64,000 nt of DNA, taken from a virus. Of this stretch, positions 54,724 through 61,808 are shown piece by piece; within the stretch, counting starts at the first letter, position 1; every line of letters begins with the position of its first letter. The position numbers and the translations under genes were made by a program. The notes under the pieces are model-generated. The model did no database searches. It saw only the letters and a program-made list of their open reading frames with translations, and was not told where the DNA came from. The stretch lies in the IMG/VR virus record IMGVR_UViG_3300042503_000838, positions 32,001-96,000 of that record, one strand, 5' to 3'.

Positions 54724-54939
54724 ATGGAACTCCTCAATCAATTTGATGTTGCTAACCCTGATCACGTCTCAGTGATTACCAGGGATGGCAAGGTTATTAT
54801 CTCCATCCGCAAGGATGGGACAGATGTAACTATTGGTATTCCCCATGGGTCTAGCAACAACATCTTTAACACAACCCCCCGGCCCCCTCTACAACAGCCA
54901 GCACCACAGATAAAGGCTGTTAAGGAGGTAAGGCCTTAG
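54724..54939 (+). CDS. Hypothetical protein
   Basis: ORF track. Confidence 0.6.
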   Translation: MELLNQFDVANPDHVSVITRDGKVIISIRKDGTDVTIGIPHGSSNNIFNTTPRPPLQQPAPQIKAVKEVRP

Positions 54940-55002
54940 TTGTTTTCTTGATAAACAACGGTTATTAGGATTCCAAGTAACTGAACTCACCCCAACACTC
55001 CA

Positions 55003-55377
55003 ATGAAATCACGCATCTCTGTCCTTAAAGAAGACCAGATCTGGGCACTGCGTTGCAAAGGATATCGCTACGACTTGATCGCTAGCATTGTCAACTGCAG
55101 CCCAGTATCTATGACACAGGTACTCCGACGGGTAAGGCAACGTCCTCCCGTCAAGGAAGACCCAATCAAACGTGGCCGTTACCGTGGCTTCCTAAGTGAT
55201 GCCCAGGTAAATGACATTCGTAACCGTGCCAAGTACAAGGAACCCATTGGGTTTATTGCCAGGGCTTACGACATGACACCAGAGGCCATCTATGCAATCG
55301 TCAGCTACAGGACCTATAAGGAACCCTGCAAAGATGATGTATTTATCCCACGCTTTGCTAACAGACTCATGAGGTAG
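55003..55377 (+). CDS. Tandem HTH DNA-binding protein
   Basis: IWALRCKGYRYDLIASIVNCS and LSDAQVNDIR...IARAYDMTPEAIYAI. Confidence 0.65.
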   Translation: MKSRISVLKEDQIWALRCKGYRYDLIASIVNCSPVSMTQVLRRVRQRPPVKEDPIKRGRYRGFLSDAQVNDIRNRAKYKEPIGFIARAYDMTPEAIYAIVSYRTYKEPCKDDVFIPRFANRLMR

Positions 55378-55393
55378 TACATAAGTATTATCA

Positions 55394-55414
55394 ATCACCC
55401 CACAATGGGGTGAT
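55394..55414. other. Perfect 8-bp hairpin preceding pseudoknot copy 2
   Basis: ATCACCCC-ACAAT-GGGGTGAT. Confidence 0.6.
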
Positions 55415-55421
55415 CCTACTC

Positions 55422-55450
55422 ACGTCCTGAGTAAGACGTTAAACTGCTCA
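55422..55450 (+). ncRNA. Pseudoknot motif copy 2
   Basis: ACGTC-CTGAGTAA-GACGT-TAAAC-TGCTCA; TGAGTA pairs with TGCTCA (one G-U). Confidence 0.65.
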
Positions 55451-55472
55451 CCGTTCCATCTCAACTCAGACC

Positions 55473-55616
55473 ATGATTGAACTTGATCAGAACTACAACG
55501 CTGACTTGCTTGATGCTATGGCAGACATTGCCTACGAGCAGGAGCAAGCCATGTTTGAATCCAATCAAGAAGAATGGATTCTAGTTGAACATCCACTTAC
55601 TTACCAAGGTGACTAA
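55473..55616 (+). CDS. 47-aa acidic peptide MIELDQNYNADLLDAMADIAYEQEQ...
   Basis: Manual translation; follows pseudoknot copy 2. Confidence 0.6.
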   Translation: MIELDQNYNADLLDAMADIAYEQEQAMFESNQEEWILVEHPLTYQGD

Positions 55617-55618
55617 CC

Positions 55619-56077
55619 ATGGCCAAATCAATTCAACGCACTGAAGTGTGGGATGAAGACCCAATCATTCTCTTCATCACACTCATCTCAATCTCAATCA
55701 CACTCATAGGAGATCTCATCTCATGTCTCTTCAACCTGAACAACTGCTCATCGCAGACGCTTTCGGCTACGAACCCTGTGGTCCAGACGAAGCTTCAGAA
55801 CAGTACCAAGCCTACGCAGACTTCCAAGACGCACCCAAAGGCGCCATCGCCTGCACTGGTAACGTCTACCGAAACAAGCGTGGAACCCTCCGTTGCTACT
55901 GGATCCCAACCGGTGGCAACTACTCAGCCCAGGACAAAGAAGATCTCGAAGGATGGTACGACGTCCCAACCAACGAAGAGATCGAGGAGTACACATTCGA
56001 CAGCTGCTGCCTCACTCCCTGTGGAGACGAAGTCGAACCCGATCATTCCGACAGCTGGCTTAGGATTCTCGGCTTGA
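55619..56077 (+). CDS. Membrane-anchored ORF overlapping 55723..56082 out of frame
   Basis: ORF track; start 2 nt after the upstream stop; TM helix. Confidence 0.45.
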   Translation: MAKSIQRTEVWDEDPIILFITLISISITLIGDLISCLFNLNNCSSQTLSATNPVVQTKLQNSTKPTQTSKTHPKAPSPALVTSTETSVEPSVATGSQPVATTQPRTKKISKDGTTSQPTKRSRSTHSTAAASLPVETKSNPIIPTAGLGFSA

Positions 56078-56082
56078 TCTAA
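55723..56082 (+). CDS. Conserved-looking hypothetical (…CLTPCGDEVEPDHSDSWLRILGLI)
   Basis: ORF track; acidic phage-like composition. Confidence 0.7.
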   Translation: MSLQPEQLLIADAFGYEPCGPDEASEQYQAYADFQDAPKGAIACTGNVYRNKRGTLRCYWIPTGGNYSAQDKEDLEGWYDVPTNEEIEEYTFDSCCLTPCGDEVEPDHSDSWLRILGLI

Positions 56083-56117
56083 CCTACATCACATAACACT
56101 AGCGTTATGCTGACATG

Positions 56118-56135
56118 CGCTATTCGCGAATAGCG
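56118..56135. promoter_or_regulatory. Perfect 18-bp palindrome CGCTATTCGCGAATAGCG
   Basis: Read directly; intergenic. Confidence 0.6.
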
Positions 56136-56148
56136 AACAGTAAGTACC

Positions 56149-56178
56149 AGGGTATTGCCAGATAACTACTGGCCTACC
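56149..56178 (+). repeat. 30-nt direct repeat B, copy 1
   Basis: AGGGTATTGCCAGATAACTACTGGCCTACC, identical to 56420-56449. Confidence 0.95.
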
Positions 56179-56204
56179 TATCTAAACTCAAAGCGATTAA
56201 CACA

Positions 56205-56411
56205 ATGCCACAAAGAATTTTTGTTTTCAAAACCACTGAAGTTACTTCAGATGGCAGACCTTATCTTCTAGCTATACCAGAAGATAAGATAACTGAACTG
56301 CGTACAACTTATGGCAGCGATAACATCTATGCAATTGTTAACGGCACGAAAGTCAATTGTTCCTTTGAGCGATTGATCAAAGAACTAGGTACGCCTCACA
56401 ACTGTTTTTAA
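56205..56411 (+). CDS. Hypothetical protein bracketed by repeat B
   Basis: ORF track. Confidence 0.65.
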   Translation: MPQRIFVFKTTEVTSDGRPYLLAIPEDKITELRTTYGSDNIYAIVNGTKVNCSFERLIKELGTPHNCF

Positions 56412-56419
56412 ACTCATCA

Positions 56420-56449
56420 AGGGTATTGCCAGATAACTACTGGCCTACC
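56420..56449 (+). repeat. 30-nt direct repeat B, copy 2
   Basis: Exact copy of 56149-56178. Confidence 0.95.
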
Positions 56450-56545
56450 CCCTGCACCCCTGCAAGAAGTACCAGAGGTGCACCCTTAATCTATTAGGGA
56501 ATACCTCTGTACTACACACCATTCATTCACTTACCAACCCAAGAC

Positions 56546-56833
56546 ATGACACCTACCTACCGTCAACCCAAACTTAATGAGTACCACAAACTCACAGATA
56601 TTCTTGAAGAACTACAAGCAATGTCTCAACGTGAGAGCAAGAGGCATGAAATAGATCAACACCTGACTCCATCCATGCTTGCTCTACTGGATAACGAGAT
56701 CATTCCCATACTTGAGAATGAACTGGAATGGGAACCATCAGATGCAGACCTTAGCTGTGATGGTGAACCGCCCCTGACTGCTGATGAAATGCACACTGCA
56801 GCATGGCGTCAGCACCAGGAACTGCATAGCTAA
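56546..56833 (+). CDS. Hypothetical protein (…GEPPLTADEMHTAAWRQHQELHS)
   Basis: ORF track. Confidence 0.7.
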   Translation: MTPTYRQPKLNEYHKLTDILEELQAMSQRESKRHEIDQHLTPSMLALLDNEIIPILENELEWEPSDADLSCDGEPPLTADEMHTAAWRQHQELHS

Positions 56834-56891
56834 CAGCCCTACCGCAACATTAAGGAATCATTAAGACCACTGGTCATGGCTTGCTGCCACC

Positions 56892-56900
56892 TGGTAGACT
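56892..56900 (+). promoter_or_regulatory. Extended -10 box TGG-TAGACT within a 10-bp inverted repeat (56871-56911)
   Basis: TGGTCATGGC/GCCGTGACCA flank the box; 38 nt upstream of ATG 56939. Confidence 0.45.
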
Positions 56901-56938
56901 TGCCGTGACCACACTCAGATCTCACTTGACACCACACC

Positions 56939-57142
56939 ATGTCCGACAGCATTCGCATCCCAGACTCAATTGATCTTCAGCGTCTACAAGCTATGCAGCT
57001 TGTAGCCAAGATGAAAGAATCAGCTGATAAACATGGGGTTGGTTTCATTGGGGGCTTCATTGCCCCCAATGGAGAGAAATTCATCATGACAAATATGGAT
57101 GATGAAGATACCCAAGCATTACTACCTGACAATTTGAAATGA
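56939..57142 (+). CDS. Conserved cyanophage hypothetical protein
   Basis: ORF track; DLQRLQAMQLVAKMK...GFIGGF. Confidence 0.7.
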   Translation: MSDSIRIPDSIDLQRLQAMQLVAKMKESADKHGVGFIGGFIAPNGEKFIMTNMDDEDTQALLPDNLK

Positions 57143-57219
57143 CAACCATTGAATTCTTGATTCTATTTGGAATTCTTGTTTGCTTTTCCTTGTTACTTAA
57201 CTATTTGATTTATGGATAA
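57139..57219 (+). CDS. 26-aa hydrophobic peptide MTTIEFLILFGILVCFSLLLNYLIYG
   Basis: Manual translation; ATGA coupling. Confidence 0.45.
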   Translation: MTTIEFLILFGILVCFSLLLNYLIYG

Positions 57220-57508
57220 ACACAAAGCAATGATCGATGAGATCATTGACAAATTCAACTTTGAACGAGTGCACATTGCTATGACAGCACTTGACTGGCA
57301 ATGGGCAACCACAGCAGGTAATGGATATGCAATACCAACACTAACCAAACTCAAAGCAATGGCACGTACTTTGTTACGTGAATCCTTTAATGAAACACAA
57401 GTTAGCAGTGGTGGTTTTGTAGCCACTTACCATCCCAAGGACGAACTTACCTCTGAGTATTTTGACTTGAAGTTTGTACTCCATCACGCAGATTCTTACG
57501 ATGACTAA
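57212..57508 (+). CDS. Hypothetical protein (IDEIIDKFNFERVHIAMTALDWQW)
   Basis: ORF track. Confidence 0.7.
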   Translation: MDKHKAMIDEIIDKFNFERVHIAMTALDWQWATTAGNGYAIPTLTKLKAMARTLLRESFNETQVSSGGFVATYHPKDELTSEYFDLKFVLHHADSYDD

Positions 57509-57851
57509 CCAACAACATCCCATTATTCCGCCACAAGATCTACGCAACAAGTGGCTTGATGAGGCGCCAAGTACCAGTGTGTACGACTATCTCATTGACA
57601 GCGCAGCACAATGGGGTGCCGACACGGAGCTAGAAGCCTGTTGTGAGTGGCTTGTAGCACACCAATGGCTTTCGGCATCTGGCGCATGTCTTTTAAATCT
57701 TCGTACTGACCGTCGTCCCAGGCCTCTTAGCCTGAAGGAACAGGCGTTAGCAGTACTTGAAGAAGAACCTGAAGATGCTAAAGAACTTATTGTGTTTGAC
57801 ACAGATCAAGTTAATCTCATCCGCCGCGCACTCGAGGCGTTACCTGAATGA
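57474..57851 (+). CDS. Cyanophage hypothetical, HPI.PP...AAQWG.D.ELEACCEW family (likely start 57501)
   Basis: Paralog of 62107..62439. Confidence 0.7.
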   Translation: MYSITQILTMTNQQHPIIPPQDLRNKWLDEAPSTSVYDYLIDSAAQWGADTELEACCEWLVAHQWLSASGACLLNLRTDRRPRPLSLKEQALAVLEEEPEDAKELIVFDTDQVNLIRRALEALPE

Positions 57852-58045
57852 CTGACAAATCACCCATCAACTTTGATAAGACCATCGCTGGGTTTAACAT
57901 AACCGAGCATGGTATTAAATCATTCACCAAATCAATTCAACTTGGTCCGTTCCAGATTACACTTAACGCTAGAGAATCTGGTGTACGTGGATCTATTTCA
58001 TTGCCTGGCACAGGCTTGAGCAAACGAAACATACGTTTGCTCTGA
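57848..58045 (+). CDS. DUF4236-like protein
   Basis: FTKSIQLGPFQITLN...GVRGSISLPGTGLS. Confidence 0.65.
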   Translation: MTDKSPINFDKTIAGFNITEHGIKSFTKSIQLGPFQITLNARESGVRGSISLPGTGLSKRNIRLL

Positions 58046-58059
58046 TCCAAGGACCTGGG

Positions 58060-58296
58060 ATGTCCTTAAACTCATCCAGTCCAACTCAACCTCATCTCAT
58101 GAACTCGACCGAACTCCACGCCATGATTGCCCGCATGGACAGCTATGGCGGCTCATTCGTATCCTCAATAGCACAAGCACTACGCTTTGCTGATCCAAAG
58201 AATCGGCAGCGTTTGCTTGATGCATTCCCTGATCTTGTCCAGAAGTATGGACCTCAAGGTCAGTTTGCCCAAGCCAAACAACTCACACAGGTGTAA
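58060..58296 (+). CDS. Conserved phage hypothetical (YGGSFVSSIAQALRFADPKNRQRLLDAFPDL)
   Basis: Recognisable recurring motif. Confidence 0.7.
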   Translation: MSLNSSSPTQPHLMNSTELHAMIARMDSYGGSFVSSIAQALRFADPKNRQRLLDAFPDLVQKYGPQGQFAQAKQLTQV

Positions 58297-58299
58297 CCC

Positions 58300-58548
58300 A
58301 TGCAAGTCCTAGCAATCGAAGACACATTCATTGACGGCAACGATGTCACAGTTACAGCAGTGGTTGACGAAATGCGTCTCATTCGCAAGTCGACTTACCT
58401 CGACCCTGATGAGTACGCTCCTGCACTATGCAGAACAAGCTTCGAACTGGATGAGGGAGAACAAATCCCTCTTGACGAAGATGGCTTCTGCGATTATCTT
58501 GCTTTGCTCAACCCTGACTGGGAATTACTCCCAGTAGATAACGACTGA
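58300..58548 (+). CDS. Acidic cyanophage hypothetical protein
   Basis: ORF track. Confidence 0.7.
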   Translation: MQVLAIEDTFIDGNDVTVTAVVDEMRLIRKSTYLDPDEYAPALCRTSFELDEGEQIPLDEDGFCDYLALLNPDWELLPVDND

Positions 58549-58555
58549 CATCACA

Positions 58556-58583
58556 CGTCCTGGACATGACGCTAAACTGTCCA
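58556..58583 (+). ncRNA. Pseudoknot motif copy 3
   Basis: CGTC-CTGGACAT-GACG-CTAAAC-TGTCCA; TGGACA pairs perfectly with TGTCCA. Confidence 0.65.
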
Positions 58584-58611
58584 CTCACTCCGAACCTACT
58601 CCGAACTTATC

Positions 58612-60354
58612 ATGCAGTTTCAATTACCCTCGAACCTTCAAACAGAACTCCTGGCTTACGATCCCAAGCTCAAGCAGCTTCAACGTGAGCAGAATCCTAT
58701 ATCAACCAAAGCTAAAGCTAAGTTTCCACTTGGTGCAGTCTTTGATCTGATACCTGCTGATGTTGTTACACCTACAAAGCTTGAGCAAGTAATAACAGAT
58801 CTCAATGCCAGGGGTGTAGCACATCGCCATACTCAGTTTACCAAGGTAACAGATATTGCTACACCAAGAGCACGCACTATTACCTATGCCATCATCTATC
58901 ACTATGAGAAGGTGTGGTATGCAGCATGGCTACCACCCAAAGGACAAGAGAATGATTATGTATATGGCTATGCATATGCATACAAGAATCTTGATTCAGT
59001 ACGCAAATCTATTCCAAGTTCGTTGCTTCAAAACAATAGTACAACTCCAGTTGAATATGTTAAGTACGGACGCAGTGAGTTCTGTGTTGTACGCCAGAAC
59101 TTAACCAAGGAAGATATTGCCAACGGCAATACAACTCATTGGTGGTGCCCTTGCTACGTATCATACGGCAAAGGCGGTAATATCAGGACAGCTATATCCG
59201 CATTTGAATCTGCACTTAGCCAAACCATTCCCAAGTGGGATGACTCACGTAAATTCTTTGATCGTATTGTCACCAATAATTGGGCTACAATTCTTGGATT
59301 AAAACGTTGCAGTAAGTATTGGAATACTTTTGCAGATCCAGAGCAAGCTATGCGTGATGCAATTCCATCTGCAGATTTGTTTTACGGAATAGCTGATACA
59401 TACAAGAAGGATAATAATGATTATCACAGCCAAGTATATTGCATTGCTCATCGCGTACTGCATATAGTTGGTACACCATTCTTCCGCAAGTGGATTCAAT
59501 CGCAATGCGATGAAGCCATTGCAATGTTTAATAACCCTGAGAACAATCTATTCTGCAAGATAACTCAACCTTGGAATCGTATTGAAAAACTAGTGCAGGC
59601 TATTGATTACGTTAATAATATTTGGCCGGACTGCCCTGTTGATTTCTATCAGAACCATATTGAATATCTAATTGGCACACGACTTGATCGTTACGTAGGT
59701 GAAAAGGCAAAGACTTGGTTGTGCACACATATGCAACCAGCTTCCTTCTTTCATATCCTCAAGAAAAACTACGAAGATCAGATCAATGATAAATCCAGTA
59801 GCTTGTCTTACTACACAAGCACTGAGATAGGCAAGCTTACATTCTATTTAACTGAATGGAATGACTCACTATCAATGCTTGATGATGTGCTCAACAATGA
59901 CATGACCATTGATCCGCCAAGGCGTTGGCGCCTGACTGAGTTCCATGATCATGTGCAAGCAGAAGCATGGAAGATCAAGCATCCAAACGCTAGCCTGCCC
60001 CAGGATCTATTCCCCTCACCTGTCAAGGTTGAAGTGGGTGATGAACGCTGGTCATTCTTCCAGCCTCATGACACACATCAATTGTCAGCATGGGGCCAGG
60101 CCGTACGTAATTGCGTCGGCAATGCCAGTGAGTATGCCACTGGTGTACGCAAGAAGAAACATTTCATTGTGCTCTGTATGGTTGACGGCAAACCTCAGTT
60201 CACTGTCCAACTCAAAGTTGAGATGGGCATGATGAGCGTTAGCCAGATCGTTGGTACATCCAACCAGCGGTTGACGCAAGAGCAGAAGGATTCCTACACA
60301 GAAGCCTTTGGCAAAGCGTTGAAACTTCAAGCAGATGCGCTAGAGTCTGTCTAG
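58612..60354 (+). CDS. PcfJ-like domain protein
   Basis: C-terminal EFHDH...LPQDL...P....QL..WGQAVRNCVG..Y...FIV...GKPQFTVQL. Confidence 0.75.
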   Translation: MQFQLPSNLQTELLAYDPKLKQLQREQNPISTKAKAKFPLGAVFDLIPADVVTPTKLEQVITDLNARGVAHRHTQFTKVTDIATPRARTITYAIIYHYEKVWYAAWLPPKGQENDYVYGYAYAYKNLDSVRKSIPSSLLQNNSTTPVEYVKYGRSEFCVVRQNLTKEDIANGNTTHWWCPCYVSYGKGGNIRTAISAFESALSQTIPKWDDSRKFFDRIVTNNWATILGLKRCSKYWNTFADPEQAMRDAIPSADLFYGIADTYKKDNNDYHSQVYCIAHRVLHIVGTPFFRKWIQSQCDEAIAMFNNPENNLFCKITQPWNRIEKLVQAIDYVNNIWPDCPVDFYQNHIEYLIGTRLDRYVGEKAKTWLCTHMQPASFFHILKKNYEDQINDKSSSLSYYTSTEIGKLTFYLTEWNDSLSMLDDVLNNDMTIDPPRRWRLTEFHDHVQAEAWKIKHPNASLPQDLFPSPVKVEVGDERWSFFQPHDTHQLSAWGQAVRNCVGNASEYATGVRKKKHFIVLCMVDGKPQFTVQLKVEMGMMSVSQIVGTSNQRLTQEQKDSYTEAFGKALKLQADALESV

Positions 60355-60405
60355 CGCGCACAGGCTTGCCAGTCGTAGCCTCGATACTAGGGCTGGCATT
60401 CATCT

Positions 60406-60630
60406 ATGACTGAGTACACCGACGACCAACTCCTAGCACAAGCACTCGCCAACATTGGTGAATACATACATACTCATGGCACACCTGATTATGTATTGAT
60501 TGATGAGCAGGATCCTCGCAATGAGGATGACTACGACACATGGAGCTATGGCACTGAGCCATTGCCACATGATCACACTTGGCAGCACACATCAATTGAT
60601 GTGAGTGTAAGTCCAAGTGAGCCCGAGTAG
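60406..60630 (+). CDS. Acidic hypothetical protein
   Basis: ORF track; its stop codon lies inside the tRNA 5' end. Confidence 0.65.
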   Translation: MTEYTDDQLLAQALANIGEYIHTHGTPDYVLIDEQDPRNEDDYDTWSYGTEPLPHDHTWQHTSIDVSVSPSEPE

Positions 60631-60697
60631 CCCAGCGGTAGTAGGCAAGCGACTTAAAATCGCTACAGCGTGAGTTCGAATCTCACCTCGGGTACCA
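60621..60697 (+). tRNA. trnL: tRNA-Leu(UAA) with encoded CCA and a short variable loop
   Basis: GCCCGAG/CTCGGGT acceptor, AGCGA-CTTAAAA-TCGCT anticodon arm, GTGAG-TTCGAAT-CTCAC T-arm, A73-CCA. Confidence 0.9.
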
Positions 60698-60720
60698 ACC
60701 TTTCATTCAACTCAAACACA

Positions 60721-61083
60721 ATGAACATCTTTGCCTGCTTCAAGCACATCGTCCCTGAGTTCCATGCGTACTCAGATCATGACAAGCGCTACAACATTGG
60801 CGCCACCTGGACCGCTCAGGATGGCCTGCAAGACTTCCATAACCTAGAGCTTCGCTACGTACACAACTCAGAGCGGCTGGCTCTCCAGGGGGATCCTCAG
60901 CCTGATGGGAGCTGGAAATACGTGGAGCCCAATGGCAATGTCCACACCATCAGCGCAGAACGTGCCAAGCACTTCATGGATCAGACCCATGCTCATGCCA
61001 CCATCATGTGCGACATGTTGGAAAAGTTAAGATCCTCTGGTGTGATGGGTGATGCACTAGACACCAGCGCTGAACCCGTCTAG
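60721..61083 (+). CDS. Hypothetical protein (start MNIFACFK)
   Basis: The ORF-track start at 60670 lies inside the tRNA. Confidence 0.7.
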   Translation: MNIFACFKHIVPEFHAYSDHDKRYNIGATWTAQDGLQDFHNLELRYVHNSERLALQGDPQPDGSWKYVEPNGNVHTISAERAKHFMDQTHAHATIMCDMLEKLRSSGVMGDALDTSAEPV

Positions 61084-61086
61084 TAT
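61058..61086 (+). promoter_or_regulatory. Sigma70-type promoter
   Basis: TAGACA-N17-TAGTAT, with CTAGAC/GTCTAG inverted repeat. Confidence 0.55.
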
Positions 61087-61102
61087 TCATGCGGAATGTT
61101 CG

Positions 61103-61127
61103 GACCCCGGCGCAAGTCGGGGTCTTT
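61103..61127 (+). terminator. GNRA-capped 9-bp hairpin with short U-tract
   Basis: GACCCCGGC-GCAA-GTCGGGGTC-TTT. Confidence 0.6.
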
Positions 61128-61131
61128 CTCT

Positions 61132-61473
61132 ATGAACCAACCTAATCTCATTAATCTTGATCTCGTTGATGAAGTAGTCTCCCGTGTTCCAAGTTGGACA
61201 TGGGCTGCAGTGCGTGACTCACTGGTAGCAAACCTAGTTGATGCCATGCCTGGTGCAGTGGTTGAACAACTTACTGGTGACTATGACAACTTTGATCGAG
61301 CAGAAGAAATCCTATTGGACTACTACAACCCAACTGAACGCAACCGTGATTTAATTATTGATGCATTCAAGATACTAGGTGATGAAAACACTCTGTATAT
61401 TCTTGATGCATTGCAATTGGATAAGGTTGCTGAACCACAAGACAATGCACCTTGCTCTATTGATACACAATGA
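61132..61473 (+). CDS. Hypothetical protein (start MNQPNLI)
   Basis: ORF track 61096..61473. Confidence 0.65.
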   Translation: MNQPNLINLDLVDEVVSRVPSWTWAAVRDSLVANLVDAMPGAVVEQLTGDYDNFDRAEEILLDYYNPTERNRDLIIDAFKILGDENTLYILDALQLDKVAEPQDNAPCSIDTQ

Positions 61474-61808
61474 GATGTCAATCATGTGACAGCAAGAACA
61501 CACGTGTTACCTGCACTGACCACAGCGAAACATTTAGTAAACGCTACTGCCGCTGTCTCGACTGCGGCTTTAAGTTTCGTACTATTGAGCGTTATGAACA
61601 TTACCGCCGTGGTCCCAAGAAGGGTGGTAAGCTTGCGGATACACAAGGATCCAACAATGGATTCTCTGTGTTGACTGAGCAGAACATCTTGGACATTCGC
61701 AAGTTGAAACGAGAGGGCAAAACTAATTTTGCAATCTCTGTTATCTACGGCATCAACCGTGGGCATGTTTCACGTATTGTCAACCGCAAAGTCTGGACTC
61801 ACATCTGA
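61470..61808 (+). CDS. NrdR-like Zn ribbon fused to an HTH
   Basis: MRCQSC...TRV...RYCRCLDCGFKFRTIE; LTEQNILDIRKL...IS.IYGI.RGHVSRIV. Confidence 0.7.
   Translation: MRCQSCDSKNTRVTCTDHSETFSKRYCRCLDCGFKFRTIERYEHYRRGPKKGGKLADTQGSNNGFSVLTEQNILDIRKLKREGKTNFAISVIYGINRGHVSRIVNRKVWTHI

Noticed and set aside
55422-55450. Pistol or hammerhead ribozyme
   Set aside because: No CUGANGA/GAAA core. The pseudoknot partner follows UAAAC immediately, with no P2/P3 stems or GCG catalytic strand as in pistol.
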